A stretch of DNA of 42,776 nt, from the IMG/VR virus record IMGVR_UViG_3300048856_000113, positions 1 to 42,776 of that record; one strand, given 5' to 3'. Of this stretch, positions 30,173-38,472 are shown piece by piece; position 1 is the first letter of the stretch; each line of letters starts with the position of its first letter. Source of the stretch: a virus. Its lineage: Duplodnaviria; Caudoviricetes. A program made the position numbers and the translations under genes. Under the pieces are notes generated by a model. The model made no database searches. It saw only the letters and a list, made by a program, of their open reading frames with translations, and was not told where the DNA came from.

Positions 30173-30891
30173 AGGATGGCTTCCTTCTTCTTGTAGTCGT
30201 AGTTGTTCCAGTGGAGGATCCGAGCCAGTCGAGCTTGCAGGAGAGCATCCTCGTAGGTCATGCCGCCCTTCTCGTAGGCTGCGACCACGGCTGGCCATGG
30301 GTCTTCATCAGGTCCGACCTTGGCAAGCAGGGCTTCCGCCTTCACCGGCCCGAAGTTCTTGAGCCCGGGATAGCCATCGGTCACGTCCCCGGTGAGCGTC
30401 TGCTTCATCCAGTTGTGCCGTGCCTCGCCGGGAGAGACCTCGACGATCTCGCCGTTCCTGTAGATCAGGCCGGGGATGGTGAGCATGTCCTTGTCCTGAG
30501 AGACAATGATCTTCTCGCCCTTGATCAGCTTGGGATGGGTCGCGAGGATGCCCATGGTGTCATCGGCCTCGATCCCCGGTTTGAGCTTCGCGCCCTGCTC
30601 TTCGATGAGCCAGCGCTTGACCTCGCCAGTTCCTACCGGCTTCCGGCCCCGGCCCTTCTTGTAGCTCGGGTAAATGTCATGGCGGAAAGTCGTACCCATG
30701 GAGAGCGTGATGACAGCCTCGTCGGCGTCCAGCTCCTGCTTCATGTTCTCGATGGCCTTCAAGATCGAGGCCTTCACTTCCTTCACATCGCAATGAAGGG
30801 TCCAGTTGTCGTCGCCCCAGTCGGTCTCAACCTCGTGTGCGGCTCCGGTCGATACGACGAGGATGTCCCCGTCGATCAGCAGTGTTCTCAA
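30160..30891 (-). CDS. 5'-3' exonuclease (gp6-like)
   Basis: LIDGD, YK.GR, EADD, DKD, GDVTDGYPG motifs. Confidence 0.93.
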   Translation of the reverse strand: MRTLLIDGDILVVSTGAAHEVETDWGDDNWTLHCDVKEVKASILKAIENMKQELDADEAVITLSMGTTFRHDIYPSYKKGRGRKPVGTGEVKRWLIEEQGAKLKPGIEADDTMGILATHPKLIKGEKIIVSQDKDMLTIPGLIYRNGEIVEVSPGEARHNWMKQTLTGDVTDGYPGLKNFGPVKAEALLAKVGPDEDPWPAVVAAYEKGGMTYEDALLQARLARILHWNNYDYKKKEAILWQP

Positions 30892-30900
30892 AATGTCTCC

Positions 30901-31053
30901 TCAGATTTCAGTGCAATAGTCGCAGCGGGTGCAGATGGTCTTGGTCACCAACACCTGCCGATGGTTTATCAGGGTGAAGGAGGCCACCGGGAAGGTCACC
31001 AAGCGGTGACGACCGAGGTAGCACTCCAGCTTCAGGAGCAGCCGCTTGATCAT
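30901..31053 (-). CDS. Small Cys/His protein (50 aa)
   Basis: MIKRLLLKLECYLGRH...CTRCDYC; fills the gap before the exonuclease. Confidence 0.45.
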   Translation of the reverse strand: MIKRLLLKLECYLGRHRLVTFPVASFTLINHRQVLVTKTICTRCDYCTEI

Positions 31054-31056
31054 TTG

Positions 31057-31551
31057 TCAGCCTCGATCTGCCTGATGCCGTACCTGTCGGTCAGGTTCTG
31101 CTGCATCGCCTCCCTGTCCTTCTTCGTCATTGACGCGACGGGCGAAGGCCCAAAGCAGACCTGCGGCTTCCTCATGGTGTAGGCAGAACCACTCGGTTCC
31201 GGGGACGCGATAACCATCGAGCAGCTCGTGGAGAACTGCCTCAGCTTTCTTTCGATCATTGAATTGCCTTTGGGTGTGGAAGGAATAATCGCGGAACGGA
31301 CAGTTGGTGTTCATCTGCCGCATCCGGTTGTTCAGGTCGTTGGTCAGACCAACTTTGCAGTAGCCGGGCCAAGCCGGGTTGATCGCCACGTAGACGAACC
31401 CCGGCTGATGCTGGTCTGCTTTAGTGTGTTTCCGCCCAGTTCTTGCCCTTGTCGTAGTTACCGGCAAGGTGGCAGCGGAATTTGTAGTATTCCCCGGCAA
31501 GTCGAATAGCATCTGCTGCTGTCCGTCCGACCAAGTCTGCTTTGTCTTCAT
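31057..31551 (-). CDS. GIY-YIG superfamily (T5orf172-like) nuclease; start uncertain
   Basis: GFVY...KVGLT....RM..MNT..P...AE..LH....EWF. Confidence 0.75.
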   Translation of the reverse strand: MKTKQTWSDGQQQMLFDLPGNTTNSAATLPVTTTRARTGRKHTKADQHQPGFVYVAINPAWPGYCKVGLTNDLNNRMRQMNTNCPFRDYSFHTQRQFNDRKKAEAVLHELLDGYRVPGTEWFCLHHEEAAGLLWAFARRVNDEEGQGGDAAEPDRQVRHQADRG

Positions 31552-33460
31552 CGACCTCTATTTGCCATTCGTCGTGGATGTTGCCGACGAACTCGTAGTG
31601 AACACCGGGGACGAGCCCCATGGATTGCAGGGTAAGATCGAGGATCACCAACCCGCGCTTCATCTGGATGGCACCTGCCGACTGCAGCAGGGTGTTGAGC
31701 GCAGCGTGGCCCGAGCGAACCGTGAGCTTCCGACCGTCGAGCCCCTTGAGGAACCCGTTCTTCTCGGCCTTCTTCTTCACAGCCTCGATCAGCTTGCTCA
31801 GCGCAGGGAGAGCCTTGAGGAACCGGGATCGAGCAGCACGACCGGCAGCCGTGACCTTCTGCTTGGAACCGGTGACACCGAGGATGACGCCGAGGTTGAA
31901 GTCCCCGGAACCGTAGATGAAGGCGTAGAACCAAGTCTTCGCCGTATCGCGGTCACAGCCCAGCGCCTTAGCGTTCTGGGTGTGCATGTCGGTGCCTTCC
32001 TCTTTCTTCCCTTCGAGGACGGTCTTGATGTACGCACCACCGTCATACGCGGCCATGTAGCCGGCCAGATCGCGCAGCTCCAGCGCATCAGCGTCACAGC
32101 CCACGAGCAGCTTGCCAGCCGACGCCATGAACAGCTCACGGCACTCATGTCCGAACGGAGCGCGGCCACTGGGGACCTGAGCCATGTTCGGCTTGGAGTG
32201 GGTCATGCGTCCGGTGACAGCACCGTTCGTGTTGACCTGACCGTGGATGCGGCCATTGCGGACGTGCTTGAGCCACGCTTCCTTGCCTTCGGCCAACTGC
32301 CCGATGCGCTTCTGGATGAGCAGGTAGCGGAACAGGATCTTGGCAGCAGGGAACTTGAGGCCTTTCAGGACCTCTTCGTCGACCTTCGGTGAGCCGTCAT
32401 CCGTGAACTCCTTGGGCTTCCACCCGAAGAGCGTCTGGAGGCGGTTCGCGATGTCGTGCCGGGAGCCGGGGTTGAACGCCTTGAGCTTGACCTTGGAATA
32501 GACCGCGCCTTCGACGTAATGCTCCCGCACTGGACCGACATAAGGCTTCACCTCCTTGCCGGTTTTGTCGGAGAAGCGCCGGATGGTGACGGTGACGCCC
32601 AGGTCCTCGCGTTTGACCGACCGAGACTTGGAGACCTCGACCTCTTCCTCGAACCGGAACCAAGGTGCGAACTCCTTCGAGAGCTGGGCTTCGAGCCCTG
32701 CCTTCTCCCCTGCCAACTTGGCGTAGAGGACTGCGGCCTTCTTCTCGTCGAACGCAAAGCCATACCGCTCCTGACGGGAGACGATGGCACGGACCATGTG
32801 TTCGAGCTGGATGCTCTCCTCGGAGAAGCCCTTGCCCTGCAGCTTGAGCCAGAGCTTGGTGGTGACCTCCACGTCCTGAACGCAGTAGTCCTGCATGAAC
32901 TGGGACCATGTGCCCCAGACGTAGGCCGTGAGGGCTTCCTTCTTGAGCCCGAGCTGGATGCCTTCCTTCTTGCGGATCTCGCCGTAGTCGCCCTTCCAGA
33001 CGCCAAGGCGTTGACCCCAGCTCTCCAGCGAGTGACGGCCAAAGAGGTTCGGGGCGATCCACTGCTTACCCTCGCGCTGACGCTTGTCGCGCTGCCGGAA
33101 GTCGGCGTCCTTCATGTCGGCGTACATCAGCCGGGACATGATGATGGTGTCGCGGATCAGGCCCTCAGGTTTGAACCATGGGTAGAGCTTCTGGATTGCG
33201 GGGATGTCGAAGTCGACGATGTTGTGACCGACGATGCAGTCGGCTTCCATGAGGAGCTTGAGACCGAACTCGATCCCGGGTCCGTCATGGCCGGGGTTGT
33301 CGGAGCAGCTCCAGACCTCGCCCGTGTTTACGTCCCTGATGACCAATGAATGAACCACGGTCATTTCGGGGATGAGGCCGTTCGTCTCGATGTCGAAGAC
33401 GAGGACCGTGGGGTTCGGAACCTCCCACACGAACTGTGCGAGAGGATCGAACTGTTTCAA
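31421..33460 (-). CDS. DNA polymerase family A (gp5-like)
   Basis: FDIET exonuclease I motif, GHNIVDFD, DADALELR (motif A), AKTWFYAFIYG (motif B), IHDE (motif C). Confidence 0.97.
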   Translation of the reverse strand: MKQFDPLAQFVWEVPNPTVLVFDIETNGLIPEMTVVHSLVIRDVNTGEVWSCSDNPGHDGPGIEFGLKLLMEADCIVGHNIVDFDIPAIQKLYPWFKPEGLIRDTIIMSRLMYADMKDADFRQRDKRQREGKQWIAPNLFGRHSLESWGQRLGVWKGDYGEIRKKEGIQLGLKKEALTAYVWGTWSQFMQDYCVQDVEVTTKLWLKLQGKGFSEESIQLEHMVRAIVSRQERYGFAFDEKKAAVLYAKLAGEKAGLEAQLSKEFAPWFRFEEEVEVSKSRSVKREDLGVTVTIRRFSDKTGKEVKPYVGPVREHYVEGAVYSKVKLKAFNPGSRHDIANRLQTLFGWKPKEFTDDGSPKVDEEVLKGLKFPAAKILFRYLLIQKRIGQLAEGKEAWLKHVRNGRIHGQVNTNGAVTGRMTHSKPNMAQVPSGRAPFGHECRELFMASAGKLLVGCDADALELRDLAGYMAAYDGGAYIKTVLEGKKEEGTDMHTQNAKALGCDRDTAKTWFYAFIYGSGDFNLGVILGVTGSKQKVTAAGRAARSRFLKALPALSKLIEAVKKKAEKNGFLKGLDGRKLTVRSGHAALNTLLQSAGAIQMKRGLVILDLTLQSMGLVPGVHYEFVGNIHDEWQIEVDEDKADLVGRTAADAIRLAGEYYKFRCHLAGNYDKGKNWAETH

Positions 33461-33723
33461 TGCTATTGAGCTACCTCCGTGATGGCAGCCACGACCTCCT
33501 GCCAGCGTTTGGCATCAAGGGTGATGGTGGCTGTTCGAGTGCTGAGAACGAGAGAGCCTCCCTTGCGGGAGACCTTCAAATTGGAAGGCAGGTTCTCGTT
33601 GGTGTGATCCTGCATCAGGCCTCCACCCCCGCCTCGATCCAGCCCTTGAGGGTCATGCTCGATCCACAGGGGACCCAAGCCTCGGCCCCGCTGTCGAAGA
33701 TGACACAGGCACTGCGAGGTGGA

Positions 33724-35445
33724 TCAGAAGGGGGCGTCGTCGTCGTCGCTGTCGGTGTTGCCACCGAAGTCATCATCAAAGTCAGAACCAGAGCCTTCAT
33801 TCTTGCTTTCCGTTGGGTCATCCATCAGCTCGTACAAGCGGCCCGTCTCCTTATCGAAGAGCAGCCAGCCAGCGGGGCCGGTCTCTCCGGTGAAGCGGTT
33901 CTTGAGGATGCGCAGGGTGGTGATGTTGTTGATGGTGTAGGTCCTGCCGTTGTAGCGGATCGTGTTCACGTTCTGCTGGTTGCGCTCCAGTCCGATCACG
34001 AAGTCGGAGAGCTGGGCGATGGCGTGGGACCCGCGAAGCTGTGCGAGAGCGGTCTCAGCCCCCTGCTCGTGCCCCTTGTCGCCGCTCGGGCGCTTGAGGT
34101 GCGAGATCAGGAAGATGCAGACGTTGCACTCCATGGCGAGGGACTTGAGGGCGGTCATGGCGTTGTCGATCATCCGCCGCTCATCCCCATCCTCCTGACC
34201 GGAGATCACGATGGAGAGGTGGTCGATGACGATGAACCTCGCGCCACAACCCTTGGCGAGATACCGGACCTTGTTCAGCAGGTTGTCGATCGCTGTCGAG
34301 CCGAAGTGGTCGTAGAGGAAGATCCTCCCGGTTCCGAGCGTGGCGTCGAAAGCTTCCTTGAACTGCTCGGGTGTGACCCCTGTCCGGTCGATGTGCAGCG
34401 GCTTGTTCGCGCTGATGCCCATCAGGCCGAGGCCGGTGCGCTTGGTGTTCTCCTCCAGCATCATCATGCCGATGGTTTCGCCCATGGCGTGGAGGTGATG
34501 GGCGATCTCACGAACAACCGCGGATTTGCCGATGCCGGAACCTGCGGTGACTGTGACCAGCTCCCCGAGACGAACGCCCCGCATCATGGACTGGAGGCCC
34601 ACGAACGGGAGGCTCATTGCCACCAGATCGTCCTCGGTGCTGATGAGGTCGAACATGTCCATTCCGTTGACGATGCCGTCTGGACGGACTACCTTGGCTT
34701 GCCAGATCGCGTCGATGATCTCCTTGACCGCACCGGCCTTGAGCATTTCGTTCGCGTCTTTGTACGGAGCTGGGAGCGTCGCCACCTTGCAGCGGCCCGG
34801 GACGAAGAGGTCGTAGCACTCGGCCACGGCTGCTTGCCCCGGCTCGTCCATGTCGAACATCAGGACGACTTCTTCGAAGCCGTTGAGCCATTCGAGGTTC
34901 TTCTTGAGAGCCTTGTAGGCGCCCTTCGCGCCGGTTGGGACAGACACGACAGGCCACTTGTGACCCTGTGCCTGGCTGACTGAAATTGCGTCGATCTCAC
35001 CCTCGGTGATCACGATGCGTTTGCCGCCGCCTTTCCAGAGGTGCATCCCGTAAAGACCAGCCTCGCCGGTATCTCCAAGGAAGCGGAAGTCCTTCTTCTG
35101 GAAGCGGACCTTCTGGGCGACGATGCGCTGCTGAGTGTTTCGGTAGTTGAAGAGGCGGACAGTGCTGTCGCCAAGCTCAGAGCGGGTAAAGCCCCATTTA
35201 CGGGCGCTTTCGACGTTGATGCCACGGCTGGGCCAATCTGTTGGCTCACCCACGGCGCAGAGACCAAGGTCCTTCCTCTCGCGAGGAGCCTCGATTTCGG
35301 TATCGTCTATGGATCTATCTCCGGGTTCGTAGTGGTCGCAGCCAAAGCAGAAGCCATGGCCATCCGTGTATCGGGCAAGGTTGTCGCGGGAGCCGCACTT
35401 CGGGCACGGCTCTTTCCGCAGGAACTCGCTGTCGTCGTCACGCAT
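33724..35445 (-). CDS. Primase/helicase (gp4-like)
   Basis: CPKCGS..CFGC Zn finger, TEGEID TOPRIM, GSGIGKS Walker A, IDHL, LRGS, KNRFTG. Confidence 0.97.
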   Translation of the reverse strand: MRDDDSEFLRKEPCPKCGSRDNLARYTDGHGFCFGCDHYEPGDRSIDDTEIEAPRERKDLGLCAVGEPTDWPSRGINVESARKWGFTRSELGDSTVRLFNYRNTQQRIVAQKVRFQKKDFRFLGDTGEAGLYGMHLWKGGGKRIVITEGEIDAISVSQAQGHKWPVVSVPTGAKGAYKALKKNLEWLNGFEEVVLMFDMDEPGQAAVAECYDLFVPGRCKVATLPAPYKDANEMLKAGAVKEIIDAIWQAKVVRPDGIVNGMDMFDLISTEDDLVAMSLPFVGLQSMMRGVRLGELVTVTAGSGIGKSAVVREIAHHLHAMGETIGMMMLEENTKRTGLGLMGISANKPLHIDRTGVTPEQFKEAFDATLGTGRIFLYDHFGSTAIDNLLNKVRYLAKGCGARFIVIDHLSIVISGQEDGDERRMIDNAMTALKSLAMECNVCIFLISHLKRPSGDKGHEQGAETALAQLRGSHAIAQLSDFVIGLERNQQNVNTIRYNGRTYTINNITTLRILKNRFTGETGPAGWLLFDKETGRLYELMDDPTESKNEGSGSDFDDDFGGNTDSDDDDAPF

Positions 35446-35451
35446 GAAGCG

Positions 35452-35652
35452 TTAGCGGCAGCCCGGGCATGACAGGCCAGCAGGACCCATGGGACCCGCA
35501 GGCCCGGGGATGCCGTAGCCGACCGGACCAACTGGGCCGATCTCGCCGCGCTCACCTCGGTCACCCTTCGGCCCCTTCATGATGGGCTTCAACGAGAACA
35601 CGAGCAGCGTGGTGAAGACGGCGTTCGTCAGGAGGATCAGGAGATCGCTCAC
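35452..35652 (-). CDS. Small membrane-anchored collagen-like protein
   Basis: N-terminal TM followed by about 11 G-X-Y triplets and a CPGC end. Confidence 0.65.
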   Translation of the reverse strand: MSDLLILLTNAVFTTLLVFSLKPIMKGPKGDRGERGEIGPVGPVGYGIPGPAGPMGPAGLSCPGCR

Positions 35653-36041
35653 TGGCAGCGGCTCTGGCTTTCTGCTGCGGACTTGCCGAGCATGTAACCG
35701 CCGAGACCCCAGAGGAGGCCGTTGCTGCCGCCACCGCTCTGCTGCTGGATGATCGTGGTGTTGTTGGTGGTCGAGCGATAGGTCGGCTTGTAGCTGGGCT
35801 TGGAGTAGCTGGGCCGCGAATAGCTCGGGCGGCTGTAGCTGCGGCTGGAGAAGCTGCGGAACGAACCGCCGCTGCGGCCACCGAACTTGACCGGGGTCAC
35901 GAGAGCGGAGCCGAGGAGCATCGACTGGTCACCGACTGGCGACTGGGGAGCTGGGGCTGGAGCTAGGCACGGAGCCGAGGGCTGGCCACAGGAAGCGAGG
36001 GCAGCGCAGATCGCGCCGACAAGAAGGAACTTGCGGATCAT
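35649..36041 (-). CDS. Low-complexity lipoprotein-like protein
   Basis: Lipobox LASC; SYSRP/SYSKP repeats; C-terminal GLLWGLGGYMLG. Confidence 0.65.
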   Translation of the reverse strand: MIRKFLLVGAICAALASCGQPSAPCLAPAPAPQSPVGDQSMLLGSALVTPVKFGGRSGGSFRSFSSRSYSRPSYSRPSYSKPSYKPTYRSTTNNTTIIQQQSGGGSNGLLWGLGGYMLGKSAAESQSRCQ

Positions 36042-36128
36042 AGGGACCTCAGAAGAACAGGTAGATGAGGGTGGAGAGGAGAAGGCAGACCCCCGTAATG
36101 ACGAGGGTCAGTCCGAGGGCTAGGACCA

Positions 36129-36305
36129 CTAGAGCAGCCAGCCAGCCAGCACTCCGACCGGCACGGCGAAGAGGCCGACGATGCGGATCGCGAGTTCGAC
36201 AAGGGTCGTGGAAGCCGTGGCCGTGACCAGAGCTGCGACATTCATGATGTAGCCGACGACGGCGAGAACGGAGGCGATGACGCCGACGGCGAGGATGAAA
36301 CGCAT
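36129..36305 (-). CDS. Small 2-TM membrane protein (58 aa, below cutoff)
   Basis: MRFILAVGVIASVLAVVGYIMN...IRIVGLFAVPVGVLAGWLL; AAGGA SD. Confidence 0.65.
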   Translation of the reverse strand: MRFILAVGVIASVLAVVGYIMNVAALVTATASTTLVELAIRIVGLFAVPVGVLAGWLL

Positions 36306-36330
36306 GGGGATGTCCTTGTTGAGCTGGGGA

Positions 36331-36552
36331 TTAGGCCGAGAGGAAGTCCGCGAACTTGGCGCGGAGACGGGAGGCGCGGTCGCGCTCGGAAGCAGCGGTT
36401 TCCTGCTTGTCTCGGAGGGTGTCGATCTGGGTGGCGATCTTGGTCATCTTCGCCTGTTCGGCAGCCTCGACTGCTTCGAGGTGAGCGAGGGCCTTGGAGA
36501 AGCCAGCGATTGCACGGTCGGTATTCGGGCGACGGAGGAAGCGCATGATCAT
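36331..36552 (-). CDS. Hypothetical coiled-coil protein
   Basis: MIMRFLRR...; ATGA overlap with the endonuclease stop. Confidence 0.65.
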   Translation of the reverse strand: MIMRFLRRPNTDRAIAGFSKALAHLEAVEAAEQAKMTKIATQIDTLRDKQETAASERDRASRLRAKFADFLSA

Positions 36553-37019
36553 TTGCCTTTCTTGGCGGGTTTCTGTCGGAGGATTTTGGAGAGGGCAGCG
36601 AGGCGCTCGGGCAGACTGGGCTCGTCGGTCCATTCCTGAGGGATGACCTTGGCCGCGTACTGGAAGCCGTGCGACTGGCACCAGATCGCGTAGGTCGTCT
36701 TCGACTGCTTGCTGATCCGGGTGTTCGGGTTGGAGAAGACGAACCTAAGATCGAGCTGCGGATGCTGCTGCTTGATCAGGATGTGCTTCTGGCGATCTGC
36801 CGTGAGGAACCGGCCCTTCGTCTCGACGATGATGCCGTTCGGAAGGATGAAATCCGGGGTGTATCGGTGGGTGGTCGCAGGTTTCTCGTAGGTGAGATCG
36901 TACTGCTCGTATTCGACTTTGACGTTCCACTCGGTCAGGAACCGGGCGTTCACGTCCTCAAGGCCCGACCGGAACCCATGAAGGGCTCCGACCTGAGCTT
37001 TCGATTTTGCCTTGGGCAA
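36549..37019 (-). CDS. Endonuclease I / Holliday junction resolvase (gp3-like)
   Basis: FRSGLE, YTPDF.LPNGIIVETKGRF, DLRFVF motifs. Confidence 0.96.
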   Translation of the reverse strand: MPKAKSKAQVGALHGFRSGLEDVNARFLTEWNVKVEYEQYDLTYEKPATTHRYTPDFILPNGIIVETKGRFLTADRQKHILIKQQHPQLDLRFVFSNPNTRISKQSKTTYAIWCQSHGFQYAAKVIPQEWTDEPSLPERLAALSKILRQKPAKKGK

Positions 37020-37700
37020 TTAGAAGTCCGTGTTGTCGTCTTCTTCCGAGGAACCCTCGTCGCCGTCGCTGGAGCCACCGTCATCTTCGGTGTCGCCATC
37101 GTCCTGGCCCTCGTCTTCTTCCGGCTCCCAGCCCTCCTCGGCTTCGATGCCGTAGCGGCTCGGGTCAGCATCAGCACCGCCCGAGGAGAACTCGACGAGC
37201 TTGAAGATCTGGACCGCGACCGGCTGCAGGTTGACGATGGGGTTGCCGTCGCCGTCCTTGCCTTCGTAGATCTCGAAGGTGACCGCGTATTCGGAACCAG
37301 CGCCGACCTTGGCTTTCGGCACCGGCTTGCCACCGGCAGAGAACATGGCTGGCTTGCGGTCCCAGAGCTGCTCGTTGCCCGAGCGGCGGTCCTTCACCAT
37401 GCGGTTCTTGACGCGGAGCTTGAAGACAACGAAGCCGGTCTCGCGCTCGTCGCCGGTCTCCTCGTCGGTGATCTTCTCGTATTCCCAGCAAGCGTTCTTC
37501 TTGAGCGGGAGGACCTTGCCGATGTGGCGCTTAGCCACTTCCTGAATGGCCTTGATCGTCGACTGGGCGTCGGCGGTCTTGACCTTCACGTCAGCCTTGT
37601 AGTTGCCGTGCTTGTTGTACTTGGTGTCGGGGGTGGACAGGCGCGGATAGACGGCGATGCCACGGGGGGTACGGAAGGTAGGCTTCTTAGCTTTTGCCAT
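37020..37700 (-). CDS. ssDNA-binding protein (gp2.5-like)
   Basis: TP.G...YP.L..PD; acidic tail ending in DF. Confidence 0.92.
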   Translation of the reverse strand: MAKAKKPTFRTPRGIAVYPRLSTPDTKYNKHGNYKADVKVKTADAQSTIKAIQEVAKRHIGKVLPLKKNACWEYEKITDEETGDERETGFVVFKLRVKNRMVKDRRSGNEQLWDRKPAMFSAGGKPVPKAKVGAGSEYAVTFEIYEGKDGDGNPIVNLQPVAVQIFKLVEFSSGGADADPSRYGIEAEEGWEPEEDEGQDDGDTEDDGGSSDGDEGSSEEDDNTDF

Positions 37701-37725
37701 GTTTTGTTTGCATCCTTGCAAATGA

Positions 37726-37860
37726 TTAGGCGCGATAACGCCGTTCTAGGGTGGCTACATCGTAGCCTTCGGTGAGAAGCTTCGTCTGGAGAGCCACGTC
37801 GATTTCGTTGCCCTGCTTCCAGATGAAGACTGCGGTCTTGAGAGCGAGGGAGCTAGGCAT
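37726..37860 (-). CDS. Small hypothetical protein (44 aa, below cutoff)
   Basis: MPSSLALKTAVFIWKQGNEIDVALQTKLLTEGYDVATLERRYRA; fills the gap exactly. Confidence 0.6.
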   Translation of the reverse strand: MPSSLALKTAVFIWKQGNEIDVALQTKLLTEGYDVATLERRYRA

Positions 37861-38125
37861 TCCACTCGCCCTTCATGTAGGCGTCGACGGCTGCGAACTC
37901 GGTGCGCTTGCCCTCGTTGGTGACGATGAGGTTCTTGATCGCGGTGAAGACTTCCTGAGGAGGAATGTCGAGGTGCTCCGCGAGGGCCAGGAACACAGCC
38001 GCTGCGGCCATGACCTGTGTGTGAGGGCGCTCGTCTTCGAGACCCATAAGGACCTTGAGCGTGGTCATTGCCACGATCTTGGGGTTGACGTTGTTCATTG
38101 CATCGCGATCAAGCCGGTGCTGCAT
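37853..38125 (-). CDS. Hypothetical protein
   Basis: 90 aa with phage-like codon usage and a GAGG SD. Confidence 0.7.
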   Translation of the reverse strand: MQHRLDRDAMNNVNPKIVAMTTLKVLMGLEDERPHTQVMAAAAVFLALAEHLDIPPQEVFTAIKNLIVTNEGKRTEFAAVDAYMKGEWNA

Positions 38126-38188
38126 TGGGGCCTCGTGGTGTGTTGAGAAAGACGATGAGAGTGATTGCTGCGATGACGAGGGCGAGGA

Positions 38189-38398
38189 TCATGCCGCTGC
38201 CTCGCGCTTCTGGCGGAACATGGCCTTGCGGCGTTCCTTGCGACCGAAGTAGCCGTTGACCTTGAGGCCTTCGATCAGGGCGCGACGGACTTCGTAGCGC
38301 TCGGTCTTGGTCAGGGCTGCGAGATCGAAGCTCGGGCCGTTCTTGACGGAGAGGTTGTTCTGCGCTGCGCCCAGACGGATGGTGATGCCTTGGTTCAT
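38189..38398 (-). CDS. Hypothetical basic protein, first gene after RNAP
   Basis: 69 aa, downstream of the phage promoter at 38435. Confidence 0.7.
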   Translation of the reverse strand: MNQGITIRLGAAQNNLSVKNGPSFDLAALTKTERYEVRRALIEGLKVNGYFGRKERRKAMFRQKREAAA

Positions 38399-38434
38399 AC
38401 TTGGGTTAATCCTTTGGCTGTTTCGTTGGTGATC

Positions 38435-38470
38435 GCTAGTGTGGTCCCTATTGTTTGCACACTTGCAAAC
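38435..38470 (-). promoter_or_regulatory. Phage RNAP promoter (phi1.1-like) with abutting perfect operator
   Basis: ACAATAGGGACCACACTAGC at 38435-38454 overlaps GTTTGCA-CACT-TGCAAAC at 38453-38470. Confidence 0.8.
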
Positions 38471-38472
38471 AT

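Noticed and set aside
33615-33821. ORF overlapping the helicase C-terminus
   Set aside because: Mostly an alternative frame of the acidic helicase tail with no convincing SD; not supported.
37745-37767. Partial phage-promoter match GCCACCCTAG with GGCTAC/GTAGCC inverted repeat upstream of SSB
   Set aside because: The upstream AATAGGG half does not match and the site lies inside a 44-aa ORF; at best a weak variant.
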